A stretch of 64,000 bases of DNA from Candidatus Cloacimonadales bacterium (lineage in GTDB: Bacteria; Cloacimonadota; Cloacimonadia; Cloacimonadales; WRIO01): NCBI GenBank assembly GCA_041654875.1, contig JBAZCP010000004.1:23795-87794 (forward strand). Direction: 5' to 3'. The notes beneath the pieces are model-generated. The model saw only the letters and a program-made list of their open reading frames with translations. It did no database searches and was not told where the DNA came from. Below, one piece after another: positions 47,917-58,315 of this stretch (the stretch's first letter is position 1; each line of letters begins with the position of its first letter). Both the position numbers and the translations under genes were made by a program.

Positions 47917-48770
47917 GAACTTACAATACAATGAGTTTAGCAGAGCTTTCGCACATCAAAATAGGCGGAAATACCAAAAATCTCTTTTTTCCTGAAAACT
48001 ATATTGAGCTAAACGAGCTTTATCAAAAATATCATCATTCTCACAAAATTATACCTTTAGGAGGATGCTCAAATATACTATTTGGAAATGTTGATAACTA
48101 TATCTTGATAAGCGACAAGTATTTGCCATGGATTTTCTCTGTTAAAAAAACCGATGAGATTAGCCAACTAAGAATATCTCCAAACATGAATATTAACTTT
48201 TTAATTAAAAAACTTGCTGAGTATAATCTTGGAGGATTGGAATTTTTAGCAGGCATACCTGCACACATTGGCGGGCTAATTACCATGAATGCTGGTGCTT
48301 ATCAAAAACAAATTGGAGATTACGTCAGCTCAATAAAAATTATAAATAATAACGGAATAAAAGTCTTAAAACAAAGTGATTGCGACTTTTTATACCGCAG
48401 CTCATCTATCGATGGCTTTATAATTGAAATAACACTAAATGTCGAAAATATCAATAAGGAAAATGTCTTAACAATTATGACTACTAATATCAACAAAAGA
48501 AAGCTTAGCCAGCCTTTAAACATGCCAAATTTAGGCTGCTTTTTTAAAAATCCAAAAGACGATTCTGCGGGTCGCCTTATAGATAGTTGTGGGCTAAAAG
48601 GATATACAATAGGAGACGCAATGGTTAGCTATGAACATGCAAATTTCCTGATTAATAAAGGCAATGCAAGCTTTGATGATATGCTTTCTCTGATTAACTT
48701 TATAAAAGAGAGGGTAAGAGATAAATACAATATAAATTTAGAATTGGAGGTAAAAGTTATCAATGAGTAA
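47913..48770 (+). CDS. murB: UDP-N-acetylenolpyruvoylglucosamine reductase
   Basis: IKIGGN, PLGGCSNILF, GIPAHIGGLITMNAGAY and GCFFKNP motifs. The start is uncertain: TTG at 47913 overlapping the murC stop, or ATG at 47931. Confidence 0.9.
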   Translation: MRTYNTMSLAELSHIKIGGNTKNLFFPENYIELNELYQKYHHSHKIIPLGGCSNILFGNVDNYILISDKYLPWIFSVKKTDEISQLRISPNMNINFLIKKLAEYNLGGLEFLAGIPAHIGGLITMNAGAYQKQIGDYVSSIKIINNNGIKVLKQSDCDFLYRSSSIDGFIIEITLNVENINKENVLTIMTTNINKRKLSQPLNMPNLGCFFKNPKDDSAGRLIDSCGLKGYTIGDAMVSYEHANFLINKGNASFDDMLSLINFIKERVRDKYNINLELEVKVINE

Positions 48771-49515
48771 ACGAAGACGTAAAAAAAGAGGTTCAACTCG
48801 CTATTTGTTTTTCTTTGTTTTGATTAGCTTAACAGCGACAGGATTATGGAATTTGACAACATACTTCCTAAAAGATATTGATGCATTCAATATCAAAAAA
48901 ATTGAAGTTGTTGGCTATAAAAACCTCGACCCAAGCTTCCTTGAAAGTCTTTCTGATGAGTTTATTGGCGTAAATATTTTCAAGGTAAAAAAACAAAACT
49001 TTATTCGAAAGTATGAAAATATCGTTCGAGTAAAAAGAGTCTCTGTATCACGAAGACTGCCTTCAACTATGATGATAGAAATCACAGAACGGCTTGGTAT
49101 TTTATATGTCAAAGCGACTAATGGAGAATTCTATCCTATTGATGATGAGTTTATCGTCTTAGATAAAGATGACTTTTATTTCTTTGAAGATATACCTTTA
49201 GCCAATATCAATATCGATAGTGCAAACATCCAAGTCGGAGAAAAGATACATAACGAAACTCTTGATAGGATTGTTGATTTGCATAATAATATCATGAAAA
49301 TTGATAAAACATTTATCAATAATATCTCTGAATATTATATCAGAAAAAATGATATTGCTTTTATTGATTCTCATGCTGGCAGCAGAGTAGTACTGGGTGA
49401 AACAGATATCGAGCTTAAGCTCAATCGGTATTTATTTCTGTATAACAACAAAGGCTTTAACAAAAACACCTTAATAGATTTGCGATTCAAAGACCAAGTA
49501 ATAGTGAAAGGATAA
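48763..49515 (+). CDS. ftsQ: Cell division protein FtsQ (POTRA domain)
   Basis: Basic N-terminus, one TM helix, a POTRA-like IKKIEVVGYKNL, in the expected dcw position. Confidence 0.8.
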   Translation: MSKRRRKKRGSTRYLFFFVLISLTATGLWNLTTYFLKDIDAFNIKKIEVVGYKNLDPSFLESLSDEFIGVNIFKVKKQNFIRKYENIVRVKRVSVSRRLPSTMMIEITERLGILYVKATNGEFYPIDDEFIVLDKDDFYFFEDIPLANINIDSANIQVGEKIHNETLDRIVDLHNNIMKIDKTFINNISEYYIRKNDIAFIDSHAGSRVVLGETDIELKLNRYLFLYNNKGFNKNTLIDLRFKDQVIVKG

Positions 49516-49581
49516 TTTTTTAAAATAGTTCTTGATAAAAAAAGCGTTAAAACTAAAATGGCATTTATATGTGGAGGATAG

Positions 49582-50844
49582 ATGAAAGAAAGTATGATTA
49601 CAGGATTAGACATTGGCAGTACTAAGATTAGCTCTGCTATTGCTGTGATTGATAAAAACAATAAAATCAAGCTATTAGGCACTGGTATTTGTGAGTCCGA
49701 AGGCATTGCAAATGGCAAAGTTCAGGATTTAAAATTGCTCTCTGATGCAATACTTTCTTCCATCACAACTGCTGAAAAAGCAGCAGAAAAAACAGCCCAA
49801 AATTTATACGTTGCAATATCGGGTCCTTATTTGACTTTTAGAACTTCTCAAGGTACAATTCCTGTAACAAGCGGACAAGGTCCCTCTGAAATTGAGCAAA
49901 TACACATAGACCAAGTTATTAATAATCTGTTACTTGACATAAAACGTCATTTTAGTGCTGATAAATATGAGATTATTCACTGCATACCTCAATATTATAC
50001 AATTGATGGTCAAGAAAATATCGCTAACCCAATAGGTATGATTGGCTATGCTTTAAGCGTAAAAGCACTGATTATTATTGCTGAAACTGCACCATTGCGT
50101 AATATTCGTAAATCTATAGAAATGGCAGGCTTTAGAAATGCTACATACGTGTTTTCTCCTATAGCGACTGCAAAAGCTATCATGAATAAAGACGAAAAAG
50201 AATTAGGTGCATTGATGATTGATATTGGTGGAAATATATCTGACTTATTGATGATAAGTAATCGCTATCCAAGACTCGCAATTTCTATCGATAAAGGAAG
50301 TAAACTCATCACTTACGACCTATATACACAGCTAAAAACACCTCCCGCTTTTGCAGAACAGCTCAAAATTGAATATGGAGACTGCTTCCCACAAGAAGTT
50401 AGCCCAGAAATTAATGTCAATATCGATGGTATTGGAGGAAGACAAGCGGGTGTTGTGCCACTTGACTATATTAACCAGATTATTGAAGAAAGAACGAAAG
50501 ATATATTAGATGAAGTGTATAAACAATATCTGAATAATTATCAAGAAACAAACTCGTTGACTGCTGGAATAGTTCTCACTGGCGGAGCATCTAAAATGAA
50601 AAATATTGATGCTCTTTGTTTTAATATCTTTAATATGCCAGTTAGAATTGCATATCCCGACTTTTCGCGCTTCAATGAACCTATTCAACAACTAAACTCA
50701 CCAAGTTTTTCCACACTCGTTGGCTTAATATACTATGCTTTACAAGAAGAAGCAGAAAATAAAAAATCAAATAGAATCAGTTTTTCATTAAACTTTAGCA
50801 GTATTAAAAATACAATAACAAATATATTTAAAGAATTTTTATAG
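49582..50844 (+). CDS. ftsA: Cell division protein FtsA
   Basis: Actin-fold motifs GLDIGSTKI, DIGGNISD and LTGGASKM. GGAGGA SD. Confidence 0.92.
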   Translation: MKESMITGLDIGSTKISSAIAVIDKNNKIKLLGTGICESEGIANGKVQDLKLLSDAILSSITTAEKAAEKTAQNLYVAISGPYLTFRTSQGTIPVTSGQGPSEIEQIHIDQVINNLLLDIKRHFSADKYEIIHCIPQYYTIDGQENIANPIGMIGYALSVKALIIIAETAPLRNIRKSIEMAGFRNATYVFSPIATAKAIMNKDEKELGALMIDIGGNISDLLMISNRYPRLAISIDKGSKLITYDLYTQLKTPPAFAEQLKIEYGDCFPQEVSPEINVNIDGIGGRQAGVVPLDYINQIIEERTKDILDEVYKQYLNNYQETNSLTAGIVLTGGASKMKNIDALCFNIFNMPVRIAYPDFSRFNEPIQQLNSPSFSTLVGLIYYALQEEAENKKSNRISFSLNFSSIKNTITNIFKEFL

Positions 50845-50853
50845 GAGGACTAA

Positions 50854-52134
50854 ATGGCAATTAAATACGCTCCAGAACTTCACTTTAACACAAAAATCAA
50901 AATTATTGGCGTTGGCGGTGCAGGCGGAAATGCCGTAAATACAATGATTAATCAAAAAATTGAAGGGGTTGAATACATTGTTGCAAACACTGATATGCAA
51001 GACCTAAATAAATCCCTCGCAGTAAACAAAATACAGCTCGGGCAAAGGCTTACACAAGGGCTCGGTGCTGGTGCAATTCCCAAAATTGGAAAAGAGGCTG
51101 CATTAGAATCTTTAAAAGATATCGAAGAACAATTAGAAGATACAAATATGCTCTTTATTGCAGCTGGTATGGGTGGTGGAACAGGTACTGGTGCAGCTCC
51201 TGTAATCGCCAAAACGGCAAGAGAAAAAGGTATTCTTACATTAGGTATTGTTACATTCCCCTTTACTTGGGAAAACAAAAACCGTGCAGTCAATGCACTC
51301 GATGGATTAGTTGAGCTCGAAGGAAATGTTGACACTCTTATAGTCATTCCAAATGACAAAGTTAGCGAAGTATATGGCTCATTAAGCGTAAAAGATGCCT
51401 TTTCAAAGTGCGATGAAATATTAGCAAATGCAGCATCTGCTGTTTCTGATATCATAAATAGCAATGGATACATAAATATCGACTTTGCAGACGTCAAATC
51501 TGTCATGAGTTATCCTGGATATGCATTGATGGGGTCGGGTGAAGCAACTGGCTCTGACCGTGCACTAAAAGCCGCATCTCAAGCATCATTAAACCCATTG
51601 CTCGCTCATGTAAACCTCGAAAATTGCAAAGGCATTCTAATTAACATTACAAGTGGGCATGACTTTATGATGGATGAATTACAAGCTATTTCAACAAGTA
51701 TCACAGGAAATGCTGGAATGCCAAGCAATACATTCTTTGGGGTATATTTAGACCCCGAAATAAAAGATACTATAAAAGTTACAATCATTGCAACTGGTAT
51801 TGATTACGATACTATGAGTAATCTCAGTACTTTCTCGCAAAACCCTACAATACAGCAAATTGCAAATAAAAATGCAGCAAATAAACCTAACTCGCAAAAC
51901 GAACCAGCATTTATGTCAAACACAAATATACATAATAATATGCAGACAAATACCCCTCGTACTATTTCTCTTAGTTCAACTAACAAAGAGCCTGCTGTAA
52001 ACCCAAATACTCAGCAAAATACCCAATATACATCCAATAACGTAATTGATTATAGCAGTGCTACAAGAGCAAATAATAACGATAATTCGGAAAAATCAGA
52101 ACCACCATCATTCTTAAAAAAACTATTTGATTAA
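50854..52134 (+). CDS. ftsZ: Cell division GTPase FtsZ
   Basis: GVGGAGGNAVN and GMGGGTGTGAAPVIA (tubulin signature), a long N/Q/T-rich linker and a conserved C-terminal PPSFLKKLF peptide. Confidence 0.97.
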   Translation: MAIKYAPELHFNTKIKIIGVGGAGGNAVNTMINQKIEGVEYIVANTDMQDLNKSLAVNKIQLGQRLTQGLGAGAIPKIGKEAALESLKDIEEQLEDTNMLFIAAGMGGGTGTGAAPVIAKTAREKGILTLGIVTFPFTWENKNRAVNALDGLVELEGNVDTLIVIPNDKVSEVYGSLSVKDAFSKCDEILANAASAVSDIINSNGYINIDFADVKSVMSYPGYALMGSGEATGSDRALKAASQASLNPLLAHVNLENCKGILINITSGHDFMMDELQAISTSITGNAGMPSNTFFGVYLDPEIKDTIKVTIIATGIDYDTMSNLSTFSQNPTIQQIANKNAANKPNSQNEPAFMSNTNIHNNMQTNTPRTISLSSTNKEPAVNPNTQQNTQYTSNNVIDYSSATRANNNDNSEKSEPPSFLKKLFD

Positions 52135-52157
52135 AAATATACGATATATAGCTTTCT

Positions 52158-52186
52158 GGTGCGGGTCAAAAACCTGCACCTTTTTT
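52158..52186 (+). terminator. Rho-independent terminator ending the dcw cluster
   Basis: GGTGCGGGT (52158-66) / ACCTGCACC (52172-80) with one G-U pair, then T6. Confidence 0.8.
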
Positions 52187-52239
52187 CATACATATTAAAG
52201 AATATCCAGTATATATCTCCTATCCCATCCCCTTTGATA

Positions 52240-52290
52240 CCTACTACACTCCTACTGCATGTAGTAGGAATGTAGTAGGAGTGTAGTAGG
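52240..52290. repeat. 11-bp-phased GTAGTAGG array forming a 17-bp perfect inverted repeat
   Basis: CCTACTAC at 52240 and CCTACTGC at 52251. GTAGTAGG at 52261, 52272 and 52283. Stem 52240-52256 / 52274-52290. Confidence 0.9.
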
Positions 52291-52628
52291 TGTGGATAGG
52301 GATGGTTAAAAGATAAACAAAGAATTATTGGAAATAATTATTGTTTAGATATTCTATGGGGTAAATAATTTTCCTAACACATTAATCGTCAGATTGGTAA
52401 ATCATGCCAAAACAAATCACTGTTTCAATTTTCTTTTTTGTGTAATACATACCCAATTGAGATAAGTAAACTCACAGTCAAACATATTATAGTGATACAA
52501 TGCACATGCTAAAAAAAGTGTACTTTGTTAGACAAGATAACAAAAACAACAAAATATATATTGACAAGTAAATCATTTTTCATTTAACTGTAAGAAAGTG
52601 TGAAATATTAAAAAGGAGGAGAATAAGG

Positions 52629-54344
52629 GTGGATTATTTATCAATATTTAGTTTTGTAAACTTTGTACTAATCTTGGTATTATTAATACTTTTCTTATTC
52701 AAAAAGAGTAAAATTGAAGTAAATGATGAAAAAATTAACAATGTATTAAAAGACGAATTATCAAGACTTAAGAAAGAATTAGGAGACCAAAATTCCAATC
52801 TAAGAACCGAGCTGAACACATCTTTACAATCAGTAAGACAAGAGGTAAATGAGAACTTAAGCGATAACCTGGAACAGTTTAGAAGACTCGTAAGTGAACA
52901 ATTAGAAAACCTCATCAAACAGAATACACAAAATAACGAAACAATTACACAAAAACAAGATAAAATAAGGCTTGAAACAGAAAGCAAGCTAAAAGATACA
53001 AATGACAGTCTTGCCAATGCTTTTGAAAGCCTTAAAACAAGATTAAACAACAGCTTATCTGAATTCGGAGAAAAGCAAAGACTATATTCTGAAGAGTATA
53101 TTAAGAAACACGAAGAGATAAAAAAAGATACTCAAAACAATATGGAATCAGTCAGAAAAACAACCGAAGATAAACTTGAACTGATGAGAAAGGCTACCGA
53201 AGATAAGCTCGAAATGGTAAGAAAAACTGTTGAAGATAAGCTGTCCACAATGCAAAATAATAATGAGAAAAAACTCGAAGAGATGCGTAAGACAGTTGAC
53301 CAAAAACTGCAAGAGACACTGGATAAAAAATTAAGTGAGTCATTCAATACAGTGAGTACACAATTACAGGAGGTCTATAAGGGCTTGGGCGAAATGAAGA
53401 ATCTTGCCACCGATGTTGGTGGATTAAAGAAAGCTTTGACAAATGTGAGTACCAGAGGTGCTTATGGAGAAATTCAATTACATAGAATTATAGAGGATTT
53501 TTTGAGCCCTGCTCAATATGAAAAAAATGCTAATGTAAAACCCAACTCACAAGAGCGTGTTGAGTTTGCTATCAGGTTGCCAGGTAAAGATGATGACTCA
53601 GAAGTTTTATTACCCATTGATTCAAAGTATCATTTAGAGCCTTATGAAAAGCTTATGTTAGCTATGGATAGTGGCGATAAAACCGATATCGATAAATGCC
53701 GTAAAGCCTTTGAAAGCAGCATACTCGAGTCTGCAAAGAAAATCAGCAGCAAATATATTAACCCACCAAAAACAACTAATTTTGCCATACTCTTTTTGCC
53801 CTCTGAATCTGTCTTTGCTGAGGCATTGAGAAACTATCCTTTAATAAACCAAATATATACGGATTATAATATCAGCATATCTGGTCCCACAACCTTAGTA
53901 TCCCTGATAAATAGCCTTGAAATGGGATTTAAAACACTAACAATAGAAAAGAAGTCAAAAGATATTTGGACAGTGCTCAGTGCAGTAAAAAGGCAATTTA
54001 GCCTGTTTGGAGAAGTCTTAGAAAAAACACAGAAAAAATTGCATGGTGCCAGTTCTGATTTAGAAAGCCTTGTTGGTGTCAGAACAAAGAGAATACAAAA
54101 TGCATTGCAAAAAGTCGAAGAGCTTCCAATTAAAGATGATAGAAGAGACCCTAAACTTCAAGAACTTCTCATTGATATTACAGGTCAAAACGAAGCAAGT
54201 CAAATCAGTAATGAAAGCAATGACATACCCGAAAATAAAGTTATTAATAGCACTAATGACAACGATGAAGATATGGATGATAGAGATGAAGATTATAAAT
54301 ATATTGAATATAATGAACAAGATGACAACTATGATTACAGTTGA
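52629..54344 (+). CDS. rmuC: DNA recombination protein RmuC-like
   Basis: GTG start after an AGGAGGA SD. N-terminal TM helix, a long coiled coil and an RmuC nuclease-like core (RGAYGEIQL, LPIDSKY, FLPSESVFAEAL). Acidic D/E/N-rich tail. Confidence 0.85.
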   Translation: MDYLSIFSFVNFVLILVLLILFLFKKSKIEVNDEKINNVLKDELSRLKKELGDQNSNLRTELNTSLQSVRQEVNENLSDNLEQFRRLVSEQLENLIKQNTQNNETITQKQDKIRLETESKLKDTNDSLANAFESLKTRLNNSLSEFGEKQRLYSEEYIKKHEEIKKDTQNNMESVRKTTEDKLELMRKATEDKLEMVRKTVEDKLSTMQNNNEKKLEEMRKTVDQKLQETLDKKLSESFNTVSTQLQEVYKGLGEMKNLATDVGGLKKALTNVSTRGAYGEIQLHRIIEDFLSPAQYEKNANVKPNSQERVEFAIRLPGKDDDSEVLLPIDSKYHLEPYEKLMLAMDSGDKTDIDKCRKAFESSILESAKKISSKYINPPKTTNFAILFLPSESVFAEALRNYPLINQIYTDYNISISGPTTLVSLINSLEMGFKTLTIEKKSKDIWTVLSAVKRQFSLFGEVLEKTQKKLHGASSDLESLVGVRTKRIQNALQKVEELPIKDDRRDPKLQELLIDITGQNEASQISNESNDIPENKVINSTNDNDEDMDDRDEDYKYIEYNEQDDNYDYS

Positions 54345-54460
54345 GCTTTTTAACAATATTTATGCATGAAATTAATTATATACGCACAGGCTTGAAAAAG
54401 AATTTGACAAAATAATGGGATTGACATATATTGTATTCAAAATAAAAAGTAGGAGACTTG

Positions 54461-55450
54461 ATGTCTTTAGATAAAAACAGAGCATTATCATTGTTTTCTG
54501 GCGGTTTGGACAGCATCATCGTCGTAAAGTTCATGGAGAGTCTTGGTTATGAAATCATTCCTGTTTACTTTAGTACCCCATTTTTTCACGACCAAAAGGC
54601 AATTGAAATGGCAAAAGTAAATGATATGAAAATCGAGATTATTGATATAACAGATGAGCATTTAGAGATGCTTGTAAAGCCAAAATATGGCTATGGAAAG
54701 TACCTCAATCCATGTATTGATTGTCATGGTTTAATGTTCAAAATTCTTCATGGATATCTTGATAAATACGATGCCGATTTTATGATTTCTGGAGAAGTCT
54801 TGCAACAAAGACCAATGTCGCAAAATAAAAATGCCTTAGCAGCAGTTAGAAAGGTTAGCACAGTCGGCGATTTGATAGTAAGACCCTTATCACAAAGGCT
54901 TTTGCCAGATACCCTACCTATCAGAGAAGGCTGGGTAAAAAAAGAAGAAATGCTCGATATTAGCGGCAGGTCACGCTCTAAACAAATGCAGATGGCAGAA
55001 GAATTGGGTGTCAAAGAGTATCCAAATGCAGGTGGAGGCTGTCTATTAACAGATAATGGTTATACCAAACGTCTACAAGACTTGCTCGACCATGAAATGC
55101 TGAACAAAGTCTTTATTAAGTTTTTAGCCTATGGGCGACATTTTAGAATAGATAAAGATACAAAGCTGCTTATCACCCGTACCAAAGCCGAATCTGACAC
55201 TATCTCACCATTATTAAAAGATGAGATAATTATCAAATGTAAAAATGTGCCTGGTCCATTTGGGGTCATTCAATCAAGTAAAGAAATAACAGAGGAGATT
55301 ATCAAGCTATCTGCCTCTATTTTAATTAAATACAATAGCAAAGCAAATGATACAGATATCGTAACTTGGGGTAAAGCCTTTGAGCTAAACAATGACATAA
55401 CAGTTTCAAAAATTGAAGATAATAAACTTAAACCATTTAAAATCAACTGA
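54461..55450 (+). CDS. PP-loop ATPase of the tRNA-thiolation (ThiI/MnmA-like) superfamily
   Basis: SLFSGGLDS PP-loop, NPCIDCH, SGEVLQQRPMSQ and VRPL. No N-terminal THUMP domain. The ATG at 54461 is preferred over the TTG at 54458. Confidence 0.7.
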   Translation: MSLDKNRALSLFSGGLDSIIVVKFMESLGYEIIPVYFSTPFFHDQKAIEMAKVNDMKIEIIDITDEHLEMLVKPKYGYGKYLNPCIDCHGLMFKILHGYLDKYDADFMISGEVLQQRPMSQNKNALAAVRKVSTVGDLIVRPLSQRLLPDTLPIREGWVKKEEMLDISGRSRSKQMQMAEELGVKEYPNAGGGCLLTDNGYTKRLQDLLDHEMLNKVFIKFLAYGRHFRIDKDTKLLITRTKAESDTISPLLKDEIIIKCKNVPGPFGVIQSSKEITEEIIKLSASILIKYNSKANDTDIVTWGKAFELNNDITVSKIEDNKLKPFKIN

Positions 55451-55462
55451 ACGGAGTAAAAA

Positions 55463-56089
55463 ATGATAAAGTATAAAACATTCAATCTATTAGAAAGCTT
55501 TGAGACAAATACCTATCTCGTTTGGGATACAGACAGTAAAGAAGCAATAATTATTGACCCTGCAGCACCAAGCGATAACCTCGCAGAACAAATATCCGCA
55601 ATGGATTTAAAAATAGTGCATATATTTAACACACACGGTCATGGCGACCATATCGGCGGTAATGAATACTTTCATAGACTTTATAACTGCCCAATTGGCA
55701 TTCATCCATATGACGCCGACATGTTGTTAAATGCGGCTTTAAATCTCAGTGATTTTATGTATACACCTATAATTTCTCCTGCAGCTAATTATCTGCTTAG
55801 AGACCGAGATAGCATATATTTAGGTGAAATAAGAGGAGAAGTATTTCACACACCAGGCCATACAAAAGGCGGTATTGTGATATATTTTGCACCATATTTG
55901 TTTTCTGGTGATACTCTATTCAACCTTGATGTTGGTCGAACAGACCTGCCAGGAGGTGATTTTAATCAATTAGCAAACTCAATCAAAGAAAAAATATTCT
56001 CATTACCAGATGAGACAATTGTCCTGCCAGGACATGGTCCAGCATCTACTGTTGGCAAAGAAAAACAAGAAAACCCATATGTTAAATAA
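55463..56089 (+). CDS. MBL-fold metallo-hydrolase
   Basis: NTHGHGDHIGG (HxHxDH), HTPGHT and a later GH motif. Confidence 0.85.
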   Translation: MIKYKTFNLLESFETNTYLVWDTDSKEAIIIDPAAPSDNLAEQISAMDLKIVHIFNTHGHGDHIGGNEYFHRLYNCPIGIHPYDADMLLNAALNLSDFMYTPIISPAANYLLRDRDSIYLGEIRGEVFHTPGHTKGGIVIYFAPYLFSGDTLFNLDVGRTDLPGGDFNQLANSIKEKIFSLPDETIVLPGHGPASTVGKEKQENPYVK

Positions 56090-56155
56090 AAAAGTATTGA
56101 CATTGTTTTTCCAATATGTTAGGATTGGGTAAAAGTATATTAACAAGGAGTGACC

Positions 56156-56737
56156 ATGCTAAAAGATTTAGTTTGCAATAATCGTAGTATCAGACGTTTT
56201 GATGCCACTCACCCAGTTACAAAAGATGAACTATATAGTCTTGTAAACCTCGCACGACTATCGCCCTCAGCAGCAAACAGACAGCCATTAAAGTACGTAA
56301 TTGCTTATGAAAAGGAAGATTTAGATAAAATATTTCCATGTATTGGCTGGGCAGCATATCTGCAAGATTGGAAAGGACCAGAACCCAAGCAAAGACCAAC
56401 CGCATATATAGTCATGATTACCGAAATGCAGATTGCACCTCATGTAAATATAGACCCTGGAATTGCTGCTCAAACTATCATGCTCGGTGCTACTGAATTG
56501 GGGCTCGGAGGCTGTATGATAGCCTCTATCAACAAGAATAAAATCAGGAGAATACTCAAGATTCCAAACTATTATGAAGTCTTACTCACAATTGCTCTGG
56601 GCAAACCTGATGAAAAAGTAATTGTTGATGAAATAGACAAAGACGGAGATATACGTTATTGGCGAGATGATAATGACGTACATCACGTACCTAAAAGAAA
56701 GCTTGAAGACATTATCATAGACTTTAAAAATCAATAA
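56156..56737 (+). CDS. Nitroreductase-family FMN oxidoreductase
   Basis: RRSIRRF-like NRSIRRF, SPSAANRQP, GLGGCMI. The ATG at 56156 (AAGGAG SD) is preferred over the GTG at 56150. Confidence 0.85.
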   Translation: MLKDLVCNNRSIRRFDATHPVTKDELYSLVNLARLSPSAANRQPLKYVIAYEKEDLDKIFPCIGWAAYLQDWKGPEPKQRPTAYIVMITEMQIAPHVNIDPGIAAQTIMLGATELGLGGCMIASINKNKIRRILKIPNYYEVLLTIALGKPDEKVIVDEIDKDGDIRYWRDDNDVHHVPKRKLEDIIIDFKNQ

Positions 56738-56747
56738 TGAGGTAAGG

Positions 56748-57686
56748 ATGAAAAACTACATCTTAAAACAAGCAATAATGAACAAAGTACTGTATGCATT
56801 ATTGCCTATCATCTTGTTTTCCATTTTTTTATTTGGCTGGAGAGTATTGATTGTGATACTTTTTACAAACTGTATAGCCTTTCTAACTGAATTCATCATG
56901 GTAAGAAAAAAAGCTATGCCAAAAGTATCTATGGCTGTATTTGTTACTGGCACTCTCTTGGCATTGTCACTTCCTCCAACTATTCCTCTATGGATTGCTG
57001 GAGTTGCCGCTATCATTGCTGTGCTTTTTGGCAAAATGGTATTTGGTGGCTTTGGAGTAAATATTTTCAACCCTGCTATAGTCGGCAGAGCATTTGTTTA
57101 TATCTCCTTCCCAAAAGAAATGACTATCTCGTGGGTTAAGCCTTTCACACAGCTACCAGGTGGCTTTTTTAGCTACCAAACAGTTGATGCCGTACAAAAA
57201 ATCACATCTGCAAGTCCTATAGGCATCATCGCTGAATCTGGTACCTATGCTAAGCTCTCCGAATTATTCTGGGGTATTATTCCTGGTTCTATGGGAGAAA
57301 CATCCGTAATCTTGATACTTATAGCAGCTATTTATTTGATTATTACCAAGACTGCTAAGTGGCAAGCAATGCTCTCGTGCATCTTATCATTAGCTATTTT
57401 TACAGCCATCTTTGACCCTGCAAATACTTTAGTAAACTTGATGACTGGCGGTGCTCTATTCGGCATTGTATTCATGATTACAGACCCAATAACTATGGCA
57501 AAAACTGATATTGGTGTATGGATTTATGGCTTGCTGGTTGGATTTCTGACTGTTTTCATCCGCAAGTTCTCTCTATTTGCCGAAGGATTTATGTTTGCTC
57601 TTCTTTTGGCTAATACTTTTATGCCGATAATTGATTTTGGTATCCAAAAAATTAAAGCAAAACCAAGCATGCAGGGGGCTAAATAA
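56748..57686 (+). CDS. nqrB: NqrB/RnfD-family membrane subunit (RnfD-sized, 312 aa)
   Basis: FGGFGVNIFNPAIVGRAF, TSASP (FMN-attachment region) and ITDPIT motifs. Confidence 0.85.
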   Translation: MKNYILKQAIMNKVLYALLPIILFSIFLFGWRVLIVILFTNCIAFLTEFIMVRKKAMPKVSMAVFVTGTLLALSLPPTIPLWIAGVAAIIAVLFGKMVFGGFGVNIFNPAIVGRAFVYISFPKEMTISWVKPFTQLPGGFFSYQTVDAVQKITSASPIGIIAESGTYAKLSELFWGIIPGSMGETSVILILIAAIYLIITKTAKWQAMLSCILSLAIFTAIFDPANTLVNLMTGGALFGIVFMITDPITMAKTDIGVWIYGLLVGFLTVFIRKFSLFAEGFMFALLLANTFMPIIDFGIQKIKAKPSMQGAK

Positions 57687-58315
57687 TGCAGAAAGAAAAG
57701 ATTGAATTCAAAGAGACACGAGCTTATCCTGTTGTCTTTATGATGATTATAACTATCATCTTTGTGGGCATCTTGGCTGTGTTTTATCACTCAACAAAAG
57801 ATAGAGTGCAGCAAAGAGAACAGAGTGAGCTCCAGAAGGCTGTTTTAAGTGCTTTTAACTTATCTACAGACAATATTGAAGCAAATTACCAACTCTATAT
57901 AAAAGAGCTCGTATATGCCAATAAATCGCATGCAGACAGCATTCTTTATTATCAAGCAAGCAAAGATGGAGAGCTTTTAGGAAATGCCTTTATAATCTAT
58001 GGAAAAGGGCTTTGGGGAGGCATTACAGCATTGATTGCCTATACGCCAGATTATGAGCAAATTATCAATGTTGCTATCATCAATCAGAGCGAAACTCCTG
58101 GACTGGGAGCTCGTATCACAGAGCCTTGGTTTACAGAGCAGTTTGCCAATAAACTAATTGCTGATAAATATGATATGCTTGCAGAGAATGCAGAAAATGT
58201 GTCTGACTTGCAAGTGAGACAAATCACAGGTGCAACATTGTCTTCAAAAGCCGTAGTGAGCATGATTACAGAAGAAAGTAAAAGAATTATTCAAACAATA
58301 AAGGGTGAATTATGA
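57686..58315 (+). CDS. nqrC: NqrC/RnfG-family FMN-binding subunit
   Basis: N-terminal TM helix, ETPGLGARI and ITGATLSSKAV (S/T-GAT flavinylation motif). Confidence 0.85.
   Translation: MQKEKIEFKETRAYPVVFMMIITIIFVGILAVFYHSTKDRVQQREQSELQKAVLSAFNLSTDNIEANYQLYIKELVYANKSHADSILYYQASKDGELLGNAFIIYGKGLWGGITALIAYTPDYEQIINVAIINQSETPGLGARITEPWFTEQFANKLIADKYDMLAENAENVSDLQVRQITGATLSSKAVVSMITEESKRIIQTIKGEL

Noticed and set aside
50952-51506. A 184-aa antisense ORF inside ftsZ. Similar long antisense or off-frame ORFs occur elsewhere, for example 43792-44283, 44492-44935, 52634-53050, 60612-61013, 7054-7428 and 11035-11409.
   Set aside because: Each lies entirely within a confidently identified gene on the opposite strand or in another frame. 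They have low-complexity composition and no SD, which is typical of shadow ORFs.
52291-52299. TGTGGATAG, a one-mismatch DnaA box (complement of cTATCCACA), in the ftsZ-rmuC gap.
   Set aside because: It is a single occurrence. I found no further boxes within one mismatch in the surrounding 490 bp and no dnaA/dnaN context, so it is most likely part of the flanking GGATAGGGATGG motif.
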